From an uncultured delta proteobacterium (GTDB lineage: Bacteria; Desulfobacterota; Binatia; UBA9968): a stretch of 64,000 nt of DNA. The stretch covers positions 192,001 to 256,000 of the forward strand of contig CAWJZV010000007.1 in assembly GCA_963847445.1 (NCBI GenBank). The letters are read 5' to 3'. Position numbers and translations under genes: made by a program. Under the pieces are notes generated by a model, which was not told the DNA's origin, did not search any database, and worked only from the letters and a program-made list of their open reading frames with translations. Shown here one piece after another: positions 54,944 through 64,000 of this stretch. Position 1 is the first letter of the stretch; the number at the start of each line of letters is the position of its first letter.

Positions 54944-55920
54944 CTATTTCGCGCGGATCGCGTCTGGGATCTGAATGCCGGCGGCGCGCCAGTGATCTTC
55001 GGCGCCTTTATGCAGCGGAAAGGTGACGCCCTGCAGTGCTTTTTGCGCGACCATGTCCTTCGACCCGGCGTGGACTTGCATCATGTGCGCGTTGCCCGCC
55101 TTGTTATAGGCTGCCTCGGTTATTTTCTGCACCAATGCCGGCGCCAAGTCTTTGTTCACGTACCAGATCACCGGAATGCCGATGGTCGACGTGTCCTCGG
55201 TGATGCCTTTGTACGAATTAGCGGCGAAGACGTAGCGAGCGAAATAGGGAAACTGTTTGAAAAAGTCCGTCTTGGTCGCCGGCGTGTAGATGTCGATGGC
55301 GCGAATTGGTTTCTTGGTCGCCGCTTCCATGGTCACGCGATCGGGCTCCGGTCCAGTCCAGAAAAAGGCGTCGGCTTTGCCGTCGCTCATCGCTTCGCCG
55401 GCTTGGGCGCCAAGTAGCGGAATGCGATTGATCTTATCCCAAACCCCCAGTGCGCGGAAAACGCGCTCGGCGCTGGCAAAGGTTCCCGAACCCGGGTACC
55501 GACGGCGACTCGTTTGCCGGCGAGATCGTTCGACCGTGCGGATGCCGCTGTCGGCAAAGGTGATCGTGTGCGCCACGCCGAAGAAGACCAAGCCGACGGC
55601 GCGATAGTTGGTCAGACGGTTTGCCTTTGAACTGCTCCAAGCCGAAGTAGGCTTCATGGACATCCGACGAAAATGACAAGCCCATTTCAGCTTCGCCAGC
55701 CGTTGACGCGCCGAATATTTTCCACCGAACCGCCGGTCGCGGTGACGCGACACATCGAGGCTCGGCGACATTCCTCGATAGATAGGTGCCGATGCCGGTG
55801 GCGAAGATGCCGAACACGCCCGACGGCGGGCCGCCCACGAAATTGAGCCGTTCGACTTTTTGCGCCGTAGCGCCGGTGAATGGTCGAAAAAATCAAGATG
55901 ATCGCCAATCAATTCGCCAT
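54944..55920 (-). CDS. TAXI family TRAP substrate-binding protein (frameshifted; start approximate)
   Basis: GGPPSGVF, TATGGSVEN, PGSGT, DGKADAFF, PLHKGA. Confidence 0.85.
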
Positions 55921-55957
55921 GCGGCAAGCTTCGTGGTTTTAATCCGACGTTAATTTT

Positions 55958-57174
55958 CTAGAACTCTTCATCGTTTTCGAGATACCGTTTTAATCTGCCG
56001 TGAGAAAACGCGCGGCGCTGGCGCCGTCGACGACGCGATGGTCCGCCGATAAAGTCGCTGTCATCATGGATTTGATCTCGATGCCGTCGCCGTCCGTCAC
56101 CACGCGCGGTGCGACCCGGCCGACTGCTAGGATCGCGCGCTTGTGGTGGATTGATTATGGCGGTGAAGCTATCGACACCGAGCATGCCAAGGTTCGACAC
56201 GGTAAAAGTTCCGCCTTCGTAGTCGAGCGGAAAAAGCTTTTTGTTTTGCGCCTTGTCGGCCAGCGCGCGGCTTTGCTTGGCCAATTCAAGCAAGTTCAGC
56301 CGGTCGGCGTTGCGAATCACCGGCACGACCAGGCCTTCATCGAGGGCAACAGCGACTCCGACGTTGATGTCAGCGTGCTGCAGAATTCCTTGCTCGGTGA
56401 AGCTTGAGTTCAGCGTGCGGAAATTCTTTAAGCGCGCGCGCCGAGGCTTGGAGAATAAAATCATTGATCGACGGCATCGACTCGTCGCCGCGCTCTTTCC
56501 ATCCGCCTCTGAGCTTGCTCACCGCACTCATATCGATGTCCATGCTGATGTAAAAATGCGGCGCTGTTTGTTTGCTCTGCGTCATGCGCTGGCCGACGAT
56601 GCGGCGCATGGGGGTGAGCGGTATTAAGCCAGTGCTCGTTGAAGTTGCGGGCCGTGCAAGGTTTCCGTTGCCGGCGCGCTGCACATCGGCGGCGAGAATA
56701 CTTCCTTCGGGGCCGCTGCCGCGCAGCGAACTCAGCTCGATTCCCTGTTCTTTGGCAATTCGCTTGGCTTTTGGCGAGGCGAGAATTCGTCCGCCGGTTG
56801 GCGCTGTAGAAAGGTCAGGCATCGTTGTGGCTTGTCGAGGTCGTCGCGCGGCCCTCACCCCTGCCCTCTCCCGGGGGGAGAGGGGGTAAGAGAGGCGCTG
56901 CCGCGGGCGCTTGTTTTTTTGTCGGCAGCGCTTCGCCCGGCGCCAAGATCAGCGCGATCGTCTGACCCACTGGCACTTCGTCACCGGCTTTCGCCTAACC
57001 CGAGTCAAGAATACCGGAAGCCGCCGCTTCGATCTCGACGGTCGCTTTGTCAGTTTCGATTTCCATCAACGGCTCGCCTTTGGTCACGGATTGACCTTCA
57101 GCTTTGAGCCACTTGAGCAGCGTTCCGGTTTGCTGCGCCACGCCGAGGGCGGGCATGATTACATTGGTTGCCAA
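55958..57174 (-). CDS. 2-oxoacid dehydrogenase E2 dihydrolipoamide acyltransferase (frameshifted)
   Basis: Lipoyl domain ETDKA, ASPKAKR...GSGPEG E3-binding domain, GGTFTVSNLG, IINPPQ, DHR catalytic motif. Confidence 0.9.
56852..56886. repeat. CCCTCACCC/GGGAGAGGG palindromic repeat embedded in the E2 linker
   Basis: CCCTCACCCCTGCCCTCTCCCGGGGGGAGAGGGGG read in frame as PPLPPGEGRGEG. Confidence 0.7.
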
Positions 57175-57189
57175 AACATCCTCGGGTTA

Positions 57190-58539
57190 AATCTAAGTGT
57201 GTAATCCGGTTGAGCATGATCAGCTGTTTCACTCGTTCCAGCGCTCCAGGGTTATTCAGATTCGATTGCGTTTCGCGAACGGTCGGCAGTTCGCCGCCGG
57301 TGGTGAAATAGTGCGTGCCGGCGACCAGCAGCTTTTCCGATGGAAAGCGGGTGATCACTTCGCAGCCGTCTTTGGTGACGACGACTTCTTCTTCGAGGCG
57401 CGCGGCCGACCAGCCGTCGGAGGCCGGCCAGTAGGTTTCCAGCGCGAAGACCATGCCTTCTTCGATCACTTCGGGATGATCGAGCGAAACCAAGCGGCTG
57501 AAGATCGGTTTCTCCCAGATCGACAAGCCGACGCCGTGGCCGTATTGCAACGCGAAGGCGGCTTCTTCGTTGGCGAAGCCGAACTCTTGCGCCTTGGGCC
57601 AGAGCTTGACTACATCGGCCGTGGTGATTCCCGGCTTGACGATGCTGATCGCGGCGTCCATGTAGTCGCGGCTGCGTTTGTAGGCGTCGACCATCGCCGG
57701 CGAGGCGCTGCCGACGGCGAACGTGCGGTAGTAGCAGGTGCGGTAGCCGTTGAAGCTGTGCAGAATGTCAAAAAACGCCGGATCGCCGGGACGGAGCACG
57801 CGGTCGGTGTAGACATGCGGGATGCGGGCTGCAGCGCTCGCCGGAGATCGCGTTGACGCCTTCGACATGTTCGGAGCCGAGATCGTAGAGCACTTTGCTG
57901 ACCACGCCGACGCATTCGTTTTCTCTCACGCCCGGTTTCATGAAGCGATACAGCTCTTCGTAGGCGGCATCGACCATCATGGTCGCGGTGTTGAGCAGCG
58001 TGATTTCGTCTTGGGTTTTGATTTTTCTCACTTCGTGCATCAACTGCTGGCCGTCGACGACCTTGATGCCTTGGGCTTGCAGCGCGAACAGCACCGGCAT
58101 CTCGATCACGTCGACGCCGACCGGCTCGTTCTGCAAGTTGCGCATTTCCAATTCGAGCTTAATTTTTTTCGCGACATCTTCGGCCAAGCCCGAGCCAGGA
58201 TTGGTCGCGCCGCGCAGCGTGGAAATGCCGGCGCGCGAGCGCTCGCCCAACCAGGGGCAGTAAATCTGATGATGGCGCGCCGCCGAGCCGAAGTCCCAGA
58301 GGATCGGCTCGTCATCCTGCGGCAACAACGAGAAGCGCACCAGCTTGTCCATCGCCCAGGTGCCGATGTGGGTCGCGGTGATGTAGCGGATGTTGTTCAT
58401 GTCGAAGCAGAGCAGCGCGCCGATCTCCGATTTCTTCAGCGCGCTTTTCACCCGCGCCAGACGCTCCTGGCGCAGCCGCTCGATGTTGACGCGCTCTTCC
58501 CAATCGACAGCCATCAGGCCGAAGGTTTTTAAGTCCCAT
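57190..58539 (-). CDS. M24 (Xaa-Pro peptidase/creatinase fold) family protein (frameshifted; 3' end approximate)
   Basis: NNIRYIT, RKIKTQDEI, FFD...GYRTCYYRT, GHGVGL, FALE, ARLEEE. Confidence 0.85.
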
Positions 58540-58576
58540 GACTAACCTCCAAAACCTGCGTTCCAACAAAATCTAG

Positions 58577-58667
58577 GGTTCCAATCGTTCCAGCTGTTCC
58601 AAAGGTTCCAATTGTCAATTCCTCTTCAACGATTGGAACAACTGGAACTATTGGAACGGCTGGAACC
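58577..58667. repeat. Inverted pair of 9-bp-period GTTCCANNN arrays
   Basis: gttccaatc gttccagct gttccaaag gttccaatt ... gattggaac aactggaac tattggaac ggctggaac. Confidence 0.8.
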
Positions 58668-58705
58668 TTCTCGCGCAACTTGGCACATTTAGCATGACCA
58701 ACGGA

Positions 58706-59723
58706 TCATAGTTTGCCGCACAGCTGCCGCGCTAATGCCGCCACCGACTCCGGCGTCGGCACCGTCTGATCTTCGAGCACCGGCGAGAACGGCACCGGCA
58801 CGTCCATCGCGCCCATCCGTTTCACCGGCGCGTCGAGATAGTAGAAAGCGCCGTCGGCGATCACCGAGGCGATCTCCGCGGTCACGCCGTAGCGCTCGTA
58901 GCCTTCGTCGATGACGATGGCGCGGCTGGTTTTTTTCGCCGACTCGATGATTGTTTGTTTGTCCAGCGGCGCGGTGGTGCGCACATCGACGACTTCGGCG
59001 CTGATCTCATTCTGTGCCAAGTAATTCCGCCGCAGCCAGCGCGACCTGAACCATGCTGCTGGTGGCGACCAGCGTGATGTCGCTGCCGGCGCGCTTCACG
59101 TCGGCGACGCCGAGCGGAATCGTGTATTCCTCCGTCGGCACCGGGCCCTTTGAGCTGGTACATCATCTTGTCTTCGAAAAAGACCACCGGGTTGTCGTCG
59201 CGGATCGCCGACTTGAGCAAGCCTTTGGCGTCGTAGGGCGTTGACGGCACGACGACTTTCAAGCCGGGAATGTGACTCAACCAGGCGTGCAAGCTCTGGC
59301 TATGCTGCGCGGCGGAGCGGCGCGTGGCGCCAAGCGTTGTGCGCAGGACCATGGGCACTTTGAGCTTGCCGCCGGACATGTAGTGAATCTTCGCCGCCTG
59401 ATTGACCATCTGGTCCATCGTCAGCGTAATGAAGTCGCCGAACATGATGTCGACGACCGGCCGCATGCCGGTCATCGCCGCGCCGACACCGATACCGGCG
59501 ATCCCCGCTTCGGAAATCGGCGAGTCGATCACGCGCTCGGTGCCGAATTCTTTTACCAATCCCGACAGAACTTTGAACGGCGTGCCCGCCTCGGCGACAT
59601 CTTCGCCGATGATGAACACCGTCGGATCGCGGCGCATCTCTTCGGCGAGCGCTTCGTTGATCGCTTGGCCGAAGGTGATTTCGCGCGTCCCAAATTGCTC
59701 GCAGTGTTAACTAGCGTAGACAT
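58706..59723 (-). CDS. TPP-dependent dehydrogenase E1 beta (acetoin/pyruvate dehydrogenase-like; frameshifted)
   Basis: [41 protein letters not shown]. Confidence 0.92.
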
Positions 59724-60719
59724 GCTGATCGACTTCACCCGGTTCCGGATACGGCGCATTGAGCGCGAAGTTTACGGCGTCTTTGATTTCCGCGGCGACT
59801 TCGTTTTCGATGCGCTGGAATAACTTGCCGTCCGCCAGTTTATTCTTTTCAAGCCAGGCGGCGAGCAGCTTCACCGGATCGCGCTTTGATTTCCACTCTT
59901 CCTCTTCGGCTTTCGAGCGATAGTAGGCGCGGTCGATGTCGCCGACGTGATGGCCGTGAAAGCGGTAGGTGAGACATTCCAGAAAAGCCGGGCCGTCGCC
60001 GCGGCGCGCGCGCTCGACTAGTTTTTGCGCCATGGCGTGGAGCGCGCGCACATCCTGGCCGTCGAGCGATTCGACGTGAATGCCGAAGGCTTTAGCGCGG
60101 CCAGTCACTTCGCCGGCGGTGGTTTCGCGATAGTGGGTGTACTCGTTGTACTGATTGTTCTCGCAGACGTAGATCACCGGCAGCTTCCACAGCGACGCCA
60201 TGTTCATGGTTTCGTAGAGCAGTCCTTGGCCGAGGGCGCCGTCGCCGAAGAAACAGACCGCCACTTGATCGCTCTTGCGCATCTTGATCGACATCGCCGC
60301 GCCGGTGGCGATGCCCGCGCTGCCGCCGACGATGGCGTTGGCGCCCAGGTTGCCGGTGTCCTGGTCGGCGATATGCATCGAGCCGCCTTTGCCGCGGCAG
60401 TAGCCGGCTTCTTTGCCGAGCAATTCGGCGAACATTCGGTCCAGCGCTGCGCCTTTGGCGATGCAATGGCCGTGACCGCGGTGCGTGCTGGTGATGTAAT
60501 CGTCTTGCCGCAACGCTGCGCAGACGCCGACGGCGACCGCTTCTTCGCCAATATAAAGATGCGCCAGCCCCGGCATCTTGGCGCCGAGATAAAGTTGATT
60601 GACCTCTTCTTCGAAGAGACGAATCTTGAGCATCTCACGGTAGAAGTGGAGCCAGCGCTCGTCGTGGGCGGGAGCGCGTGCTCGGTGCGCTCTGTTTGGA
60701 TCTTCTTAGTTTGAGCCAT
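59707..60719 (-). CDS. TPP-dependent dehydrogenase E1 alpha (AcoA/PdhA-like; frameshifted near 60640)
   Basis: HLYIGEEA, STHRGHGH, GKGGSMH, FFGDGA...CENN, YRFHGH. Confidence 0.92.
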
Positions 60720-60740
60720 CAGAGTATCACCGGGACAAAT

Positions 60741-60849
60741 TGGAGTAATGGAGTGCTGGAGTGTTGGAGTATTGGGTTTCGGAATCCCACTCCAGTACTC
60801 CATCACTCCAGTCTTGCCACTCCACCACTCCAGTACTCCATCACTCCAG
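60741..60849. repeat. Inverted pair of 8-bp-period TGGAGTNN arrays
   Basis: tggagtaa tggagtgc tggagtgt tggagtat ... cactccag tactccat cactccag; overlaps the stop codon at 60841. Confidence 0.8.
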
Positions 60850-61728
60850 TTTCTTTCCCGCCATGCTTGCCAAGACTTCGAAGACAATCGCGAAATCTTT
60901 CTCCGCCAATCCCATGCCGCGGGCGGCCGTGAGAAATTGGTTGGTAATGGACGTCGTCGGCAGCGGCACGTCGAGCTGGCGGCCCATTTCCAAGGCGAGC
61001 AGCAAATCTTTTTGCATCATGTTGACGTCGAACCAGGCTTCGTCCGGCATGTTCAACACGAACGGTCCACGATATTTCACCATCGGCGAGGCCATGACGC
61101 TATTGAGCATGACTTCGACGGCGGTTGCGCGCGCGATGCCGCTCTTCTCGGCGAGCAGCACGCCTTCACTGAAGGCGAGCATTTGCACGGCGAGACTGAG
61201 ATTCGTGGCGATCTTCATCGACACCGCTAAGCCATTGGCACCGACATAGGTCGCCTTCGGGCCGATCGCTTGAAGATACGGCAGAACTTTTTCGAAGGTC
61301 TCCTGCTTGCCGCCGACCATGAATGAGAGTTTGCCTTCTTCCAGGGTAATCGAGCTGCCGGACACCGGAGCATCGAGCATCTGCGGCGCCCTGCGCTTCG
61401 ACTTGTTTGGCGAGTGGCGCGGATCGCCGCCGGACTCACCGTGCTCATGTCGACGTAGATTTTCCCGGCGCACAGTCCAGCCAATATGCCGTCTGTGCCC
61501 TCGGTGACTGCGTGCAGCGCCTCGGTGTTGGCGATCATGGAAAAGATAATCTCGCACGATTCCGCGGCCGCGCGCGGGTTGTCGGCCCACTTCATGCCGC
61601 AGTCGATCAGCCACTGCGCCTTGGACTTGGTGCGGTTGTAACCCGTGACGCTATGGCCGGCAGTCGAGCAGCCGCTTCACCATCCGGCTGCCCATCACTC
61701 CGAGACCGACAAAACCGAGATTCGCCAT
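60841..61728 (-). CDS. NAD(P)-dependent beta-hydroxyacid dehydrogenase (3-hydroxyisobutyrate/tartronate semialdehyde reductase family; frameshifted)
   Basis: GFVGLGVMG, YNRT, DMSTVSP, DAPVSG, K..N, KDL. Confidence 0.9.
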
Positions 61729-61747
61729 CGATAACTCCAAAAATGAA

Positions 61748-61916
61748 AATCCGAATATCTAAATCCGAAACAAACGCAGAAACGCGACAAATCCGGACAG
61801 AAATAATCAAATCGAGGAAATCCGTATTAGAGCCCTGTTTAGCATTGAATTGACGGCCTGTTGGTCCATTCGACTTTGTCTTCGGATTTGTTCGGAGATA
61901 TTCGGATTTCGGATTT
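61748..61916. repeat. Inverted pair of about 7-bp-period AATCCGA arrays
   Basis: aatccgaatatctaaatccgaaa ... ttcggatttgttcggagatattcggatttcggattt; further arm at about 63017-63050. Confidence 0.7.
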
Positions 61917-62930
61917 CTAACTTTCCGCCTTGATGTACTTGCCCATCTCTTTCAACGTCTCGGGCGTTTGGTTGAACAAAGCATTAAAATCTTTGGTGAT
62001 CTGTTCGGCGGAGATGTATGAAAAATCGATGCGCGCTCTCTTCGCTTCGGCGAGGAGTTCTGGATCTTTGATCGCCTTGGCGAATGCTTCGCGCAATACG
62101 GTCACGCGATCTTTCGGCGTATTCGGATGGACGGCGAACGCGCGGCCAATCGCTTGAGGAATTGATTTGATCGACATCAGCGACTTGCCCAGCGCGCTGG
62201 TTGCCAGATCTTCATCCACCGGCAGATTTTCGTAGCCTGGCAAAGCCGTGCGGCCACGCACCAGCGGCCTGACGGCGCCGCGGTCGGCGGCGAGTTTGAT
62301 CGTCGTTGCCAACGCCGACCAGGCGTCGACTTCTTTTCGCTCGACGGCCAGCAGGACATCGCTGTTGGAAGGATAACCGGCGACTAGTTTTAATTTGGCG
62401 CCGGCGAATTCCTTCAGCAGCAGCGGAAAGTCGTGGGCGTTGGAGCCTGGCCCGGTGGTGCCGGCAACCAGTTCGCGGTCTGCCTTCTTCAAATCGTCAA
62501 AACTTTTGTAAGGAAGGTCCGGGCGGATCGAGAACATCACGCCGTCGGCGCCGGAGGAGCCGAGCCAGTTAAACTTGCGCACGTCGAAGCGCGCCTGCGG
62601 AATTTTCGACATCTGCGCGATGGCGACGTTGGGGTTCGCCGCGAGGATGGTCAGGCCATCCGCTTTGGCGACGTTGTATACATTATTGGTCGCCAACAGA
62701 TGGGCTGCGCCCGGCATATGTTGCAAGATCACCGCCGGTTTGCCGGGAATGTATTTGCCCAAATGGTGCGCGACGATGAGCGCCGCGATCTCAAGACTGC
62801 CGCTCTTGGCGCCGATCAGAATGGTGACGGCTTTGCCATCGTAAAAATTTGCCTGTCCGAAAGCCGGCGCGCCTGTAAGGATCGACCAAGTTAAAAACGA
62901 ATAAGCCGTTAACTGCCGAGCGATCTTCAT
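61917..62930 (-). CDS. Bug/TctC family substrate-binding protein
   Basis: Signal peptide, FYDGKAVTILIG, HMPGA, GYPSNSDVLLAVERKEVD. Confidence 0.88.
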   Translation of the reverse strand: MKIARQLTAYSFLTWSILTGAPAFGQANFYDGKAVTILIGAKSGSLEIAALIVAHHLGKYIPGKPAVILQHMPGAAHLLATNNVYNVAKADGLTILAANPNVAIAQMSKIPQARFDVRKFNWLGSSGADGVMFSIRPDLPYKSFDDLKKADRELVAGTTGPGSNAHDFPLLLKEFAGAKLKLVAGYPSNSDVLLAVERKEVDAWSALATTIKLAADRGAVRPLVRGRTALPGYENLPVDEDLATSALGKSLMSIKSIPQAIGRAFAVHPNTPKDRVTVLREAFAKAIKDPELLAEAKRARIDFSYISAEQITKDFNALFNQTPETLKEMGKYIKAES

Positions 62931-63150
62931 GCTATCCTCCTGCGATACGATTCTTACCATTGATATTTTAAACTGTATGGCTTCAACAAATTTGCCGTCC
63001 TATGTGCCTGCGAAAAAAATCCGAAATCCGAATATCGAATTCCCAAACAAACCGCAGCCAAATAAGTTCCAATTCGTTTATACCAACCGTTATGCCGAAG
63101 CGACGCAAGGGTATGTGATTCTAATGACGCCAGTCAAGCCAATTACACGT

Positions 63151-63627
63151 CTAAAGGCCAAGCCACGCTTGCAGCACGCCTTGTTCGAATTGCAAGTGCA
63201 CGAGTTTTTGAAACAGCCCATAAAACATCACCCAGGTGATTGCCGTTGCCGCCATCGTCGGCAGCGCACCGACACCGCTTTCAAAGCGGAGATAGCAGCA
63301 AATAAACAGCGGCACGGTGAGCGGAAAGCCGATCAGGTAAACGCAGAGAATGAAACCGGCGATCCAAGAAAACGCCGTGATCACGCGCCGGCGCTCGACC
63401 TCAGGCGGGACGTCGCTGGAGAACTCCAGGTCGACCGCCGCGCTGTCGATAATTTCTGCCTTGCCGAGAAATAGCTGCCAGAGCTGAGTCGCGGCCAGGA
63501 GCAAAAGTGGAATACCCACCGCCAGCGGAAACAAAGCCGCATTAAACGGCCATTCGAGCGCCAGGTAGATCGCCGCAGCAGCGACCAAGATGAGGAAAAC
63601 GCAGAAGAGTATGCGGCCCTTATGCAT
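63151..63627 (-). CDS. tctB: TctB-like small membrane subunit
   Basis: ALFPL, YLIGFPLTVPLF, YGLFQKLV; overlaps the tctA stop. Confidence 0.75.
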   Translation of the reverse strand: MHKGRILFCVFLILVAAAAIYLALEWPFNAALFPLAVGIPLLLLAATQLWQLFLGKAEIIDSAAVDLEFSSDVPPEVERRRVITAFSWIAGFILCVYLIGFPLTVPLFICCYLRFESGVGALPTMAATAITWVMFYGLFQKLVHLQFEQGVLQAWLGL

Positions 63628-64000
63628 TCGCTTGGCTCTGGGCGCGCTGGCGCCGTTTCTGGATATACGGATAAGCGATCACGAAGAGCATGAGAACGAT
63701 TAGAAAGATCACCATCGGCTGCATGAGCCAGGCAAAGCCGTAGCGCGCGACGGAAATGAAGAAATAGGTCTCGATGACTTTGCCCAAGACAAAGCCGAGA
63801 ACGAAGGGCGGACGAGGCCAGCCGAACAGCACCATAAAATAGCTGAGCACGCCGAAGATCAGCGTGACGAGCAAATCGGTGATCTGGCCGTTGGCGGTGT
63901 AACTGCCGACGAAAACCAGCAGCAGCACAAACGGAATGATCAGACCACCGCGCACGTTGGTCACTTTGGCTAATTGATCGAGGATCGTTAGGCATAAGAG
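63620..64000 (-). CDS. tctA: TctA large membrane subunit, C-terminal part (truncated by the window edge)
   Basis: FGVLSYFM..FGWPRPPFVLGFVLG. Confidence 0.8.
   Translation of the reverse strand, partial: LLCLTILDQLAKVTNVRGGLIIPFVLLLVFVGSYTANGQITDLLVTLIFGVLSYFMVLFGWPRPPFVLGFVLGKVIETYFFISVARYGFAWLMQPMVIFLIVLMLFVIAYPYIQKRRQRAQSQANA

Noticed and set aside
57190-58539. Calling the M24 protein DddP, creatinase or PepQ
   Set aside because: The ligand pattern (D, C, H, E, E with Trp) matches none of them clearly; left at family level.
58706-60719. Assigning acoA/acoB or pdhA/pdhB symbols
   Set aside because: Substrate specificity cannot be determined from motifs and the context is atypical.

Overview
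GC-rich bacterial chromosomal window, probably near the replication origin (mnmE-mnmG-parA-parB with two parS sites). The many Bug/TctC, TAXI and NMT1-type binding proteins, amidohydrolase, LLM, UbiD and enolase-superfamily enzymes, and dense short intergenic repeats suggest a deltaproteobacteria-like lineage such as Ca. Binatia (inference only). The sequence carries many 1-nt indels, even in essential genes (ileS, glnA, mnmE, ispH, lspA). I treat these as long-read assembly errors and annotate the genes as whole loci with approximate ends. Housekeeping content: mnmE, mnmG, parAB, yyaL, csp, ispH, amt-glnA-PII under a sigma-54 promoter, ileS-lspA, Smr. Accessory content: tandem ornithine cyclodeaminase-like genes, a DUF433/DUF5615 TA pair, a CADD-like diiron protein, a putative sulfur module (persulfide dioxygenase-rhodanese, DUF1326/DUF2182, sulfite oxidase), a Tle1-like hydrolase fused to a LecA-like domain, several orphan catabolic clusters, and an acetoin-dehydrogenase-like operon with an atypical M24 enzyme between E1 and E2. 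The most unusual signal is non-coding: at least two families of ~170-400 bp transposase-less elements lack terminal inverted repeats, have hairpin ends, insert at fixed positions inside CACGAAG repeat arrays, nest in one another and carry REP doublets. Two copies flank the DUF1326/DUF2182 pair. No rRNA, tRNA, CRISPR array or transposase gene was recognised.
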